Shown one piece after another: positions 11,201 to 19,903 of a stretch of 56,166 nt of DNA (position 1 is the first letter of the stretch; each line of letters begins with the position of its first letter). The notes under the pieces are model-generated. The model was given only the letters and a program-made list of their open reading frames with translations. It did not search any database and was not told where the DNA came from. Source of the stretch: a virus (Duplodnaviria > Caudoviricetes); the IMG/VR virus record IMGVR_UViG_3300027969_000125, positions 1-56,166 of that record. One strand, 5' to 3'. The position numbers and the translations under genes were made by a program.

Positions 11201-13219
11201 GATGCAGTGATATTTGACTCGCTATCCAACGCCACGGCGTACACGGTCACTTGCACAGCCACGCAGCTTCGTTGTGCTGCATTGACGATGGCTGGCCCTG
11301 CTGTGGGTAACGTGACTTTTGCTGGCACTGCGCCATTGGCTATCCACGGCGATGTGAGTTTGGCTGCTACGGGTATTACAAACTCCTACACCGGAACAAT
11401 TACGCTGACTGGTTCTAGTACAGGCAGGACGCTAACGACTAATGGTGTGACGCTGGCTTCCGCTACTACGGTTAACGGTGTTGGTTGTGGTTGGACGCTT
11501 GGCAGTGCATTGGACATAGGATCGTCAACATTAACTGTGACAAATGGTTCATTTAGTCTTGCTACTTATAATTTAACAACAGCAGGTATAAGTTCAAACA
11601 ATGTAAATTTAAGAACCATAAATTTTGGAACAGGAACAACAACTATTTCCGGTACTACCCCAATTAATTTTGGAACCGTTGAAACAAATCGCGCTAATTT
11701 AACTTGCACCGCAAGTACATCTCAAATAAATCTATCTTCCTCTAGCCCAATACTTTTTGGAAACAACCAAACTTTTTATAACGTAAGTTTTACTAGCACT
11801 ATTGCAGGTACGATATCAATATATGGGGGTGGTGGTAATGGCAACACCTTCAACAACCTGTCGTTGACTGGCATCACATCCGCTGGATTAAAAAATGCCG
11901 TCATGGGCGACAACCAAACCATCAACGGTACTCTAACGCTCTCCGCAGGAACCAACGCAACAATGCGTCAATTCTTGCGTTCAGACACCATAGGCACAAC
12001 ACGCACATTGACCTGTGCTGCTTTCTCAGGAACAGACGCTGACTTCCGTGACATCACTATTGCTGGTGCTGCTGCTCCTGTATCTGGTACTCGCTTGGGT
12101 GACGCTAAAGGCAACAGCGGGATTACGTTTGGTGCAGGGGTTACTCGGTACTGGAACCTTGCTGCTGGTGGCAACTGGAGCGCGATTGGTTGGGCGGCTA
12201 CTAGCGGTGGTGCGCCAGCGGTAAACAACTTCCCGCTTGCACAAGATACCTGCCTCTTTGAAGCAACTGGTTTGTCTAGCGGCAACACAGTAACGGTCAA
12301 CGCCAATTACAACATCGGCACGATTGATATGTCTGCCCGTACCAGCAACACGATGACGCTGGCTACAGGAACAACTACACCTACGATCTACGGCAACTGG
12401 ATCAACGGTACTGGCACTACGCTGACGGGTACGGGGTATTTGAACTTTTCAGGGCGCGGCAGTCAGACAATTACAAGCGCAGGCAGGACGTTTACTCAGC
12501 CGTTTTCCATAGATACGCCCGGAGGGTCTGTAACACTGCAAGACGCATTTGAGACTAGCAGAAACATTGGAGGGGCTGTTGATGTTGTAAGAGGCACGTT
12601 TAACGCAAACACTTACAACGTAACCCTTTCAGGGGCAAACTCTAGTTTTGCATCTTCTTACTCAAACGTCCGAACAGTTGCCCTTGGTTCTGGAACTTTG
12701 TTGATTGCAGGGACAAGTGGATTTGTTGCCACAAACTCAACAAACCTTACAGTCACAGGCACAGGCACAATCAGCCTGACTAGCGCATCTGCCAAGACCT
12801 TTGCTGGCGGCGGCATCTCCTACTCAGGCATCACCCTGAACCAAGGCGGTGCTGGTGCGTTGACGATCTCCGGCAACAACACCTTTAAGAACATCACCAA
12901 CACCTACAGTGCGACAGCCGCAACCAACATCACCATTGACACAACAACCCAGACGGTGACTCAATTCACCGGCACAGGCACAGTCGGCAAGGTGCTGACA
13001 ATCCAAGGCACATCGGCATCTAGCCCCGGCACGTTGATCCTGTCAAGCGGTACGGTCACAACGCCTGATTACTTAGCCATCACTGGTGTGCGTGCGTACA
13101 ACCTGTCAAGCACTTGGTACGCAGGGGCCAACTCAACCAACAACGGGTCGTTGGGATGGATATTCAGCGCTGGTGCAGTCACAGGCAGCGGCGGCAAATT
13201 CTTTCTTATGTTCGGATAA
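8252..13219 (+). CDS. Large repetitive adhesin-like / tail spike protein (beta-helix-like)
   Basis: 1655 aa; about five internal units of roughly 300-350 aa starting RFWVGGTGTWD or VYWNLAGAQNWS; AGGAG RBS. Confidence 0.75.
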   Translation: MAARFWVGGTGTWDATTTTNWSATSGGASGASVPGAADDVTIDSSFTVTTNYNVSVISVTINAATATLSLGGTLTLSGAITLTQGTFTTNNYNVTATSLSSSNSNTRTINLGSSTVTLTASTTIVSFTTNTNLTFNAGTSSIIGSGGVVSIDGGSNLGIGVTFYNVSFTGTAAQTKPISGANTFNNLTVTAPASAGVTQVTFDSRQTINGTLSTTGTAGNRRVWFRGVTYGIAQTLTINSAPSLTDADFRDIYVIGTSAPISGTRIGNLAGCSGITFDAAKTVYWNLAGAQNWSATGWATTSTGTPSTDNFPLAQDTATFTNAGSVTGTITMNASIPYTGTVDMSGRTSAMTLATTAFTIYGNWTNGSGTTLSGTAALTYSGRNTQTITSAAKTFTQALTVDSYGGTVQLADALNIGTTTLTVTNGTFDTKNFNVTALGIQASSSTVAAISLGSSTLTFSGSTPINFVNPILTFNSGTSQINISAVASIIGNGATFYNATFTGTTAGTCDITGANVFNNLTFTAPASAGFIGCRFGANQTITGTLTVAGATAVRRIFVRSSVIGTARTLTVGTLSATDCDFRDITLAGAAAGSSPTRAGDCGGNTSITFPVAKTVYWNLAGAQNWSATGWCPASGGTPDINQFPLAQDTAVFDNTGSVTGTITIDAAWNIGTFNASARTSAMTLTTSTNTPSVYGNWLFGTGVTSSSTTGTITFGGRSTQTITSNAITFGCPITIDSVTGTVQLADALTVGATRTLTLTSGTFDAVTYNVTTGLFSANATSATLKMGSGTWTLSGVGTVWTASATLAFYKGTANIVLSDTSTSARTFNANGLSYNKLTIGGATGISTLDISGGGQFTELASTKTVAHTISFFATSVTYGAWTVTGTVGNVVTVTGAATFTIAGARVSGVDYLALGTAAMSGTSPGEFYAGANSTGGTGFILTAAPTATTRYWRGGTGTWDATTTTNWATTSGGAGPASVPTSADAVIFDSLSNATAYTVTCTATQLRCAALTMAGPAVGNVTFAGTAPLAIHGDVSLAATGITNSYTGTITLTGSSTGRTLTTNGVTLASATTVNGVGCGWTLGSALDIGSSTLTVTNGSFSLATYNLTTAGISSNNVNLRTINFGTGTTTISGTTPINFGTVETNRANLTCTASTSQINLSSSSPILFGNNQTFYNVSFTSTIAGTISIYGGGGNGNTFNNLSLTGITSAGLKNAVMGDNQTINGTLTLSAGTNATMRQFLRSDTIGTTRTLTCAAFSGTDADFRDITIAGAAAPVSGTRLGDAKGNSGITFGAGVTRYWNLAAGGNWSAIGWAATSGGAPAVNNFPLAQDTCLFEATGLSSGNTVTVNANYNIGTIDMSARTSNTMTLATGTTTPTIYGNWINGTGTTLTGTGYLNFSGRGSQTITSAGRTFTQPFSIDTPGGSVTLQDAFETSRNIGGAVDVVRGTFNANTYNVTLSGANSSFASSYSNVRTVALGSGTLLIAGTSGFVATNSTNLTVTGTGTISLTSASAKTFAGGGISYSGITLNQGGAGALTISGNNTFKNITNTYSATAATNITIDTTTQTVTQFTGTGTVGKVLTIQGTSASSPGTLILSSGTVTTPDYLAITGVRAYNLSSTWYAGANSTNNGSLGWIFSAGAVTGSGGKFFLMFG

Positions 13220-13222
13220 ATC

Positions 13223-13369
13223 ATGAAACTATCACTCCCAGTCGAAGTCGTAAACCAAATCCTTGGCTACCTTGGAACTCGTCCTTACCAAGAGGTGTAC
13301 CAGTTAGTGCAGGCAATCCAAGAGGCCGCAAAGCCAAAAGACATTGAGATTGCCGAACAGGAAAACTGA
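13223..13369 (+). CDS. Small protein, probable fibre assembly chaperone (48 aa; not in the ORF track)
   Basis: MKLSLPVEVVNQILGYLGTRPYQEVYQLVQAIQ; position after fibre genes. Confidence 0.55.
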   Translation: MKLSLPVEVVNQILGYLGTRPYQEVYQLVQAIQEAAKPKDIEIAEQEN

Positions 13370-13371
13370 TT

Positions 13372-13587
13372 ATGGAAGCAGTTCACGAACTTGCCACGGA
13401 GACCGACAAGCGCCTAAGCGTGCATGAGGCAATCTGCGCCCAGCGGTATGAGGGCATACAGGCACGCTTTGACGATGGCTCCAAGCGCATGAACAGGATT
13501 GAGTACCTCTTGTATGTGGTCATAGCGGCGGTGCTTTTAGGGCCGGGTGTTGCTGCTGAGTTTGTCAAGAAGGTGCTTGGACTATGA
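13372..13587 (+). CDS. Small membrane protein (XhlA/holin-like)
   Basis: Coiled coil HEAICAQRY followed by a C-terminal transmembrane segment; start of lysis cassette. Confidence 0.55.
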   Translation: MEAVHELATETDKRLSVHEAICAQRYEGIQARFDDGSKRMNRIEYLLYVVIAAVLLGPGVAAEFVKKVLGL

Positions 13588-13937
13588 GCGAGGAAAAAAT
13601 TCATAGCATGGAAGCAAAAAGTCAACTCATTGAGAAGATTACGTTCGCTCTTCTTCCTCTGTTATTTTCTTGCGTCGTCTACCTGATGAGCGCCTTGTCC
13701 AACTTGGCGCATGAGGTCACCATCCTCAATAGCAAAATTTCGCTTGTTGTCACATCAGATAACAAGCAGGCTTCAAACACTGGAGCCGAACTGGCCCGTG
13801 AAAAATTGCGCCAAGACCTTGAAAAAGAGATTCAACGCAACCGAGACCAGATTGCAGAGAACCGAATGCACATTGCAATCTTGGAAGAGAAGGTTCCAGT
13901 GAGCAAATCACTCAAAACTGTAACTGGAAAGGACTGA
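13584..13937 (+). CDS. Membrane-anchored coiled-coil protein (lysis cassette)
   Basis: N-terminal transmembrane segment FALLPLLFSCVVYLM followed by coiled coil. Confidence 0.5.
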   Translation: MSEEKIHSMEAKSQLIEKITFALLPLLFSCVVYLMSALSNLAHEVTILNSKISLVVTSDNKQASNTGAELAREKLRQDLEKEIQRNRDQIAENRMHIAILEEKVPVSKSLKTVTGKD

Positions 13938-13938
13938 C

Positions 13939-14457
13939 ATGATTCCAATCGTAGCCTCCCTACTCTCGACCCTCGCTTCAAACGGCTTGGGTCTTTTGTC
14001 TTCTGCGATTCAAGCAAAGGGCAAAGAAGTTGTCGAGAACGCCCTTGGCGTGAAGATTTCCGACAATCCATCTGATGCTGAGGTCGCCAAGTTGCGCCAG
14101 TTGCAATATGACCACGAAGAGCGCTTGCTTGAACTCGGCATTGAGAAAGCCCGTTTGGAGCAGGAAGAACTCAAAGCCTTGTTGGCGGCTCAAGCCAGCC
14201 AAGACAACAACGTCACTGACCGTTGGAAGGCTGATATGGCTTCCGACTCGTGGTTATCTAAGAATATACGCCCCGGCACTCTGCTGTACATCCTCACCGC
14301 TTATTTGATTTTTGCTGGTCTAAGCGCCGCAGGGATTCAAGTTCAAGAAGCCTACGTCAATTTGCTGGGCCAATGGGGTATGTTGGTGATGACTGCTTAC
14401 TTTGGCGGTCGTACCGTTGAGAAGGTCATGGAGATGCGTAAAGGGGGCAAAGAATGA
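13939..14457 (+). CDS. Holin (3TM / GTA-type)
   Basis: DMASDSWLSKNIRP...two transmembrane helices...AYFGGRTVEK; adjacent to the endolysin. Confidence 0.75.
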   Translation: MIPIVASLLSTLASNGLGLLSSAIQAKGKEVVENALGVKISDNPSDAEVAKLRQLQYDHEERLLELGIEKARLEQEELKALLAAQASQDNNVTDRWKADMASDSWLSKNIRPGTLLYILTAYLIFAGLSAAGIQVQEAYVNLLGQWGMLVMTAYFGGRTVEKVMEMRKGGKE

Positions 14458-14795
14458 GCCTGAGTCAAGAACAAGCCGCATTCCTACTGGATGCCTGCGC
14501 CCTCATCAAATACGCCACAGAACAAGGTTTTATGGTCACTGGAGGCGAGTTAGCACGCACACCAGAGCAACAGGCCATTTACGTCAATACAGGCCGCTCT
14601 AAGACCCTTAATTCAATTCACCTGAAGAGGTGCGCGATTGACTTGAATTTCTTCAAGGATGGGCAGATAATATGGGACAAGGGCGTCCTCGCGCCTTTGG
14701 GAACCTATTGGGAGTCGCTACACCCAAAAAACCGTTGGGGCGGGAATTTCAAGTCCTTGGTGGATTGCCCACATTTCGAGCGCAATGTCGGATAA
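14454..14795 (+). CDS. Endolysin, M15-family (L-Ala-D-Glu-type) peptidase
   Basis: R.PEQQ...SxH...AIDL...WGG.F...DxPHFE zinc-peptidase motifs. Confidence 0.85.
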   Translation: MSLSQEQAAFLLDACALIKYATEQGFMVTGGELARTPEQQAIYVNTGRSKTLNSIHLKRCAIDLNFFKDGQIIWDKGVLAPLGTYWESLHPKNRWGGNFKSLVDCPHFERNVG

Positions 14796-14804
14796 GGAAA
14801 ACAG

Positions 14805-15440
14805 ATGACAACCGCTTCGGTAATGACGTATGACTCCCTTGTAGAAGACATTCAGTCCTACTTGGAGCGGACGGACGCCGCCACGCTGGCAAAAATTCCT
14901 CAGTTCATCATGCTGGCGGAGCAAATTATTGCCTCCGAGATCAAATTCCTTGGCAACTTGGTGGTGGTGGGCAGCAACATGGTTCTGGGCGAGGCCACCA
15001 TTGCAAAGCCAGCGCGTTGGCGCAAGACGGTCTCCATGAACGTGACGGTGGCCGGTAAACGCCAACCCGTCCTGCTGCGCACCTACGAATACTTGCGTGA
15101 GTATTGGCCCAGCGCCAGTTCAACGGACGTTCCACTGTACTTCTGCGACTACGACTACGAGCATTGGCTGATAGCGCCCACCCCGGCGGCTGCGTACAGC
15201 TACGAGGTCTTGTACTACGAGCGCAACCAGCCCCTTGATTCGACCAACCAATCCAACTGGTTCACCCAATACGCCCCACAGGCGTTACTTTATGGCTCGT
15301 TGCTGCAAGCAATGCCTTTCCTGAAAAACGACGAGCGCATTCCCATGTGGCAAGGCCAGTACGACAAAATCATTGCTGTATTGCAAAACGAGAATGTGAT
15401 TCGCGTAGCTGACCGCCAAGCAATTGTGAGGGACACATGA
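14805..15440 (+). CDS. Tail adaptor / tubular protein
   Basis: YDSLVEDIQSYL...IAPTP...Y...NWF...ALLYGSLLQAMPFLKNDER pattern of podovirus-like adaptors. Confidence 0.65.
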   Translation: MTTASVMTYDSLVEDIQSYLERTDAATLAKIPQFIMLAEQIIASEIKFLGNLVVVGSNMVLGEATIAKPARWRKTVSMNVTVAGKRQPVLLRTYEYLREYWPSASSTDVPLYFCDYDYEHWLIAPTPAAAYSYEVLYYERNQPLDSTNQSNWFTQYAPQALLYGSLLQAMPFLKNDERIPMWQGQYDKIIAVLQNENVIRVADRQAIVRDT

Positions 15441-16681
15441 GTTTTACATCACCTTTTACTGGACAAGTAATCCAGCCAACGGACGTTTCGTTCCGTTCAA
15501 TTACCCTGACTGCAAATACGCAGTTGCAGTGGCCCATCAATGGCAGCGTTACGGACAGTGTGGCCGCTCGGATCATGCAGGTTAGTTCATCATCCGCTGC
15601 ATACGGCCTGTATATGCCGCCAGCAAACCAAGCCTCTGTTGGTCAGGATGCCTTAATCCGCAATACTGGCAGCTTTGCAGTTACGGTTTATGACTACTCT
15701 GGTGCCCATGTAATCGTTACTGTGCAGCCCAGTCAGGCGCAGTACATCTACATCACTGCAAATCCAACTGAGTCTGGCACTTGGGGAATCATTGCGTTTG
15801 GTTTGGGTTCATCCAATACTGATGCCGCAACGCTTGCTGGATATGGGCTGCTTGCAATCACCAACACGCTCAACACTGCGCACCCTGTACAAACATTTGG
15901 AACAAACTACACGGCGCTTACTACTGACAGGGCAACATCCTACGTTTGGACTGGCGGCGCTGGAACCCTAACGCTCTCCTCTGTCGGCACGCTTGGCAAT
16001 AATTGGTTCATGCTGCTTAGAAACGGCGGCACTGGTACGCTGACCGTTTCCCCATCGGGTGGTAACCTGATTAATGGCGCTGCTTCCATCATTTTGCAGC
16101 CTGATGACTCGTGCATTATTTGCTGTTCTGGCTCGGCTTTTTACACCGTTGGTCTTGGTCAAAACACGCAATTCAACTTCAGCCAGTTGACCAAGGCAGT
16201 TACCTCTGGAACGTACACATTGACCGCCGCAGAGGCGTCAAACACCATCCAGAAGTACACAGGCATTTTGACTGGCAACGTCACCATTGTGGTGCCGCAA
16301 ACAATTCAGGTCTACTACGTCACAAATCAGACAAATGGTGGCGGGCCGGGATACACGATCACATTTACCACCAATGTGTCTGGGGCATCTTCGGCAGTAA
16401 TAACCCCTAGTCAACAAGTAATTCTTGTTTGCGACTCTACCAACTTGCTCAATGCGGCAACCATTACCGCAGGCGCTAATTCTTTGTCGCTTATTGATGG
16501 AACGGCTGGCGGCCCATCGTTGAACTTTGGCTCGGAGACCTCAACAGGTATTTACCGTCCCGGATCTGGTGAGTTTGGTATCTCTATCCTTGGAACGCAA
16601 AGATTTGACCTCACGGCAACAGGACTGTCAATTACTGGTACTGGCAACTTTACCAGCGGAGTTTTTGGCGGCACATACTAA
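15437..16681 (+). CDS. Tail structural / fibre protein
   Basis: 414 aa, beta-rich; GTAGGPSLNF...TGIYRPG motif; ends GGTY. Confidence 0.6.
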   Translation: MSFTSPFTGQVIQPTDVSFRSITLTANTQLQWPINGSVTDSVAARIMQVSSSSAAYGLYMPPANQASVGQDALIRNTGSFAVTVYDYSGAHVIVTVQPSQAQYIYITANPTESGTWGIIAFGLGSSNTDAATLAGYGLLAITNTLNTAHPVQTFGTNYTALTTDRATSYVWTGGAGTLTLSSVGTLGNNWFMLLRNGGTGTLTVSPSGGNLINGAASIILQPDDSCIICCSGSAFYTVGLGQNTQFNFSQLTKAVTSGTYTLTAAEASNTIQKYTGILTGNVTIVVPQTIQVYYVTNQTNGGGPGYTITFTTNVSGASSAVITPSQQVILVCDSTNLLNAATITAGANSLSLIDGTAGGPSLNFGSETSTGIYRPGSGEFGISILGTQRFDLTATGLSITGTGNFTSGVFGGTY

Positions 16682-19164
16682 TGGGACAAAAAGTCTTTTC
16701 TCTTGGCACGCAACCCGGCATCCAGCGGGATGGAACAGTCTTTGACAAAAACTTTTACACCTCTGGTCAATGGGTTAGGTTCCAGCGTGGCCGTCCTCGC
16801 AAAATTGGCGGGTATAGGGTCATGTCTGCTCAGTTGACCGGCCCTTCGCGTGGTGTTTGGCTAAACGCACAAAGCGGTACTAATTACATCTACAGCGGGT
16901 ACAACAATGGGTTGCAGTCCTTTGGTGTTGACAACAACGGGGTTGGCGCTGGATTTACCAACTACACGCTGTCAAACTTCACTGCCTCAAACAGTAACTT
17001 GTGGCAGTTTGATGGTTTTTATGATGTGGCTGGTTCTGGAATTCAGTCATTACTTGCTTCCCCATGCCAAAATCTTTATGACATCACTAACACAGTCAAT
17101 ACCCCAGTCTTGATAGGCGACATTGTTGGCTCGACAATGAGCCAGATTGGCGTGTTTACTGCCAGCATGGTGTTAAATAGCACCACCACAATGTCGTTAG
17201 CTGTCACCAACACCTTGATTGGCGCTGGACAATCTATTTCTGGCACAGGCATCCCCGCAAGCACTACCGTCACCGCTTCAACGCTTTCTGCGCCAAACTT
17301 GGGCGCTGTTGCCGTTACTGGGATAGGGGGTCAATGTAGCTGCACCTCAACCGCAGGGTTGTTTGTTGGTCAGACGGTAAGAACTTCTGGTACGTTGACA
17401 GGCACTGCAACTGGCATTGCGACCGCCACAACCTATTTCATCATAGCCACGACAACCTTTGCAACCGATTTTACTTTGTCGGCCACTTCGGGAGGCCCAG
17501 CAATTGTCACCACCGCAGGCACAACCACTGGGCTTGTTTTTACCCTTGGTCAATTCCAAGCGGTGACAATCTCAAATGCGGCAACCGCAAGCTCTGGCGC
17601 AACCACGATCACGTTCAACAACAACATCTCGGTCTCTGGCGGGGTTGTGTCCTTACACCCGTATGTGTTTGTGTACGGCAACAACGGCCTGATCCAAAAC
17701 TGCGCGGCAGGCAACACCAACGACTGGGTGTCTGCGGACGCAAATGCGACCAATGTAGCGACCGGAAAGATTGTCCAAGGCTTACCCGTCAGGGGCGGCT
17801 CCAACTCGCCTTCTGGCCTGTTTTGGAGCGTTGACAGCCTAATTCGCGTGTCCTACATCGGCGGGACAGGAACTCCTGCCCAATATTGGCGTTACGACAT
17901 CATCAGCAGCCAGTCATCCATCATGTCCAGCCAGTGCGCCATTGAGTACGATGGCGTGTACTACTGGTGTGGAGTTGACCGATTCCTGATGTACAACGGT
18001 GTTGTGAAGGAAATCCCAAACAACATGAACCAGAACTGGTTCTTTGACAACCTGAACTACAACCAGCGTCAAAAGGTATGGGTTACCAAGGTGCCAAGGT
18101 TTGGCGAGATTTGGTGGTTCTATCCTCGTGGTAACGCAACAGAATGCACTGATGCCATTGTCTACAACGTGCGTGAGAATGTTTGGTATGACGTAGGCCA
18201 ATCAACTGGCGCATACCGTAGTGCAGGGTACTTCTCGCAAGTGTTTGCCTACCCAATCGAGGCTGGCTGGACGACCACAAAGAGCGTCAAAGTATTCTCT
18301 GCTGCCTATGTGCTGACAAGTGGAAGCTACTTTGCATACACAGACACTTATCAATCATCCGCCGTTTTGTCGCAAGTTGTTTCTGGGACGGGAATAGCAA
18401 CTGGGTCTACCGTTAATGGCATTACATCTAGCGCCATCAAAACAATTGGTGCCATCACAGGCGGCACTTTGTACACCAATGGAACATACACCAATGTCAG
18501 CCTTACTGGCGGTTTGGGATTTAATGCAAAGGCGACTATCGTCATTACTGGTGCTTCGGTAACGTCCGTGACCATCACTGCTAGGGGAGCCAACTATGCA
18601 GTTAGCGATGTTTTGAGCGCAACGGCGGCATCGCTAGGCGGTACTGGTTCTGGTTTTTCAATTCCTGTGACTGCAATTTACGCGCAGGCAATTGAGCTTT
18701 CCTTGGCCGCAACAGCAAGCGGAACAAATACCTTGACGTTTTCAACTCCGCCAAACTTGATTGACTTCTACCAGCACGAGATTGGCACCGATGAGGTAAA
18801 CGGCCAAGAAGTGACTGCCATCCCAAGCTATTTTGAGACCAATGATCTAGGCTGGGTAAGTGGTGGCCCATCACAGCCATCGCCGGAAGGTGCAAACAGA
18901 TGGCTTCGGGTTGACCGCATTGAGCCTGACTTTGTGCAATCCGGTGAGATGGAAATTTATGTTACAGGACGGCCATTTGCTCAGGCCGAGGACGTGACTA
19001 CTGGCCCATACGTCTTTGATGAGAACACCGGCAAATTAGATATGCGTGAGCAGCGCAGGGAAATCAGGCTGCGTTTTGTCTCCAATGTTGTTGGCGGGAA
19101 TTACCAGCTTGGTAAGCTATTAGTAACCGCTGAGATCGGCGATACGAGGCCATATGGCTCTTAA
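16681..19164 (+). CDS. Tail stabilisation / nozzle protein (P22 gp10-like) with inserted domains
   Basis: PGIQRDGT...WVRFQRGRPRKIGG N-terminus; YWCGVDRFLMYNG and FGEIWWFYP beta-propeller-type motifs. Confidence 0.7.
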   Translation: MGQKVFSLGTQPGIQRDGTVFDKNFYTSGQWVRFQRGRPRKIGGYRVMSAQLTGPSRGVWLNAQSGTNYIYSGYNNGLQSFGVDNNGVGAGFTNYTLSNFTASNSNLWQFDGFYDVAGSGIQSLLASPCQNLYDITNTVNTPVLIGDIVGSTMSQIGVFTASMVLNSTTTMSLAVTNTLIGAGQSISGTGIPASTTVTASTLSAPNLGAVAVTGIGGQCSCTSTAGLFVGQTVRTSGTLTGTATGIATATTYFIIATTTFATDFTLSATSGGPAIVTTAGTTTGLVFTLGQFQAVTISNAATASSGATTITFNNNISVSGGVVSLHPYVFVYGNNGLIQNCAAGNTNDWVSADANATNVATGKIVQGLPVRGGSNSPSGLFWSVDSLIRVSYIGGTGTPAQYWRYDIISSQSSIMSSQCAIEYDGVYYWCGVDRFLMYNGVVKEIPNNMNQNWFFDNLNYNQRQKVWVTKVPRFGEIWWFYPRGNATECTDAIVYNVRENVWYDVGQSTGAYRSAGYFSQVFAYPIEAGWTTTKSVKVFSAAYVLTSGSYFAYTDTYQSSAVLSQVVSGTGIATGSTVNGITSSAIKTIGAITGGTLYTNGTYTNVSLTGGLGFNAKATIVITGASVTSVTITARGANYAVSDVLSATAASLGGTGSGFSIPVTAIYAQAIELSLAATASGTNTLTFSTPPNLIDFYQHEIGTDEVNGQEVTAIPSYFETNDLGWVSGGPSQPSPEGANRWLRVDRIEPDFVQSGEMEIYVTGRPFAQAEDVTTGPYVFDENTGKLDMREQRREIRLRFVSNVVGGNYQLGKLLVTAEIGDTRPYGS

Positions 19165-19411
19165 TCCGGCACAGGTATACGACCCCCGCTACCACACGTT
19201 TGACTCGTGGGCATCGCTCATGGTGGAGCTTTATTCTCCTCAGCAGCTTGAGATACCATCACCAACCACTGACTGGAAGACTTGGGGCAACGGGTTGTCT
19301 GCCATTGACGTTTTTACAAACGAGGCCATTCCAAGGACTGACCAGTTTAATGATTGGCATGATTGGGCGGAAGCGCTGGTAAATGCCGTTAACCCAAGTG
19401 TAGGTAGGTAG
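19154..19411 (+). CDS. Hypothetical Trp-rich virion-module protein
   Basis: 85-aa ORF with GAGG RBS. Confidence 0.55.
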   Translation: MALNPAQVYDPRYHTFDSWASLMVELYSPQQLEIPSPTTDWKTWGNGLSAIDVFTNEAIPRTDQFNDWHDWAEALVNAVNPSVGR

Positions 19412-19415
19412 CTAT

Positions 19416-19901
19416 ATGGCCGCACAAGGAATCCATCCCGTTGACTCAAAGAAGCATATGCTCAACCCTACTGACATTTTTGCAGTAGCGGCGCATGATG
19501 ATAAATATGGTCAAAAAACTCTTGAAGAGGCGGCAAAAAAAGGGCACGTTTCTCCTGAGCGTATGCTTTATGCGGCAATGATTAAGATGTACAGCAACAA
19601 AGGATTGATACGCATCAGAGAGGGAAACACCCTTTTTACAATTGCCGCATTTGAAGGCCGTGTTGGTGTTGTGCAGAGCTACAACGGAGACATTGCAAAA
19701 AATTACATTGAGAATATGCATCAATTTATGGCCGCCGCCAGAAAAATTGGTTTTGATTTTCTTGTGGCTTTTCCGCATACTACAGAAATAGTCACAATGC
19801 TAAAACTTGCGGCTAAAAAAATGAAAGACCCCGAAGTTAAAACGCACTTTGACAAAGACGACAGCGTTTTTACCGTATCAACTGGTAAGCAAAGGGGTTA
19901 A
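19416..19901 (+). CDS. Hypothetical protein
   Basis: 161-aa ORF, more AT-rich than neighbours, between tail and ejection genes. Confidence 0.55.
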   Translation: MAAQGIHPVDSKKHMLNPTDIFAVAAHDDKYGQKTLEEAAKKGHVSPERMLYAAMIKMYSNKGLIRIREGNTLFTIAAFEGRVGVVQSYNGDIAKNYIENMHQFMAAARKIGFDFLVAFPHTTEIVTMLKLAAKKMKDPEVKTHFDKDDSVFTVSTGKQRG

Positions 19902-19903
19902 GA

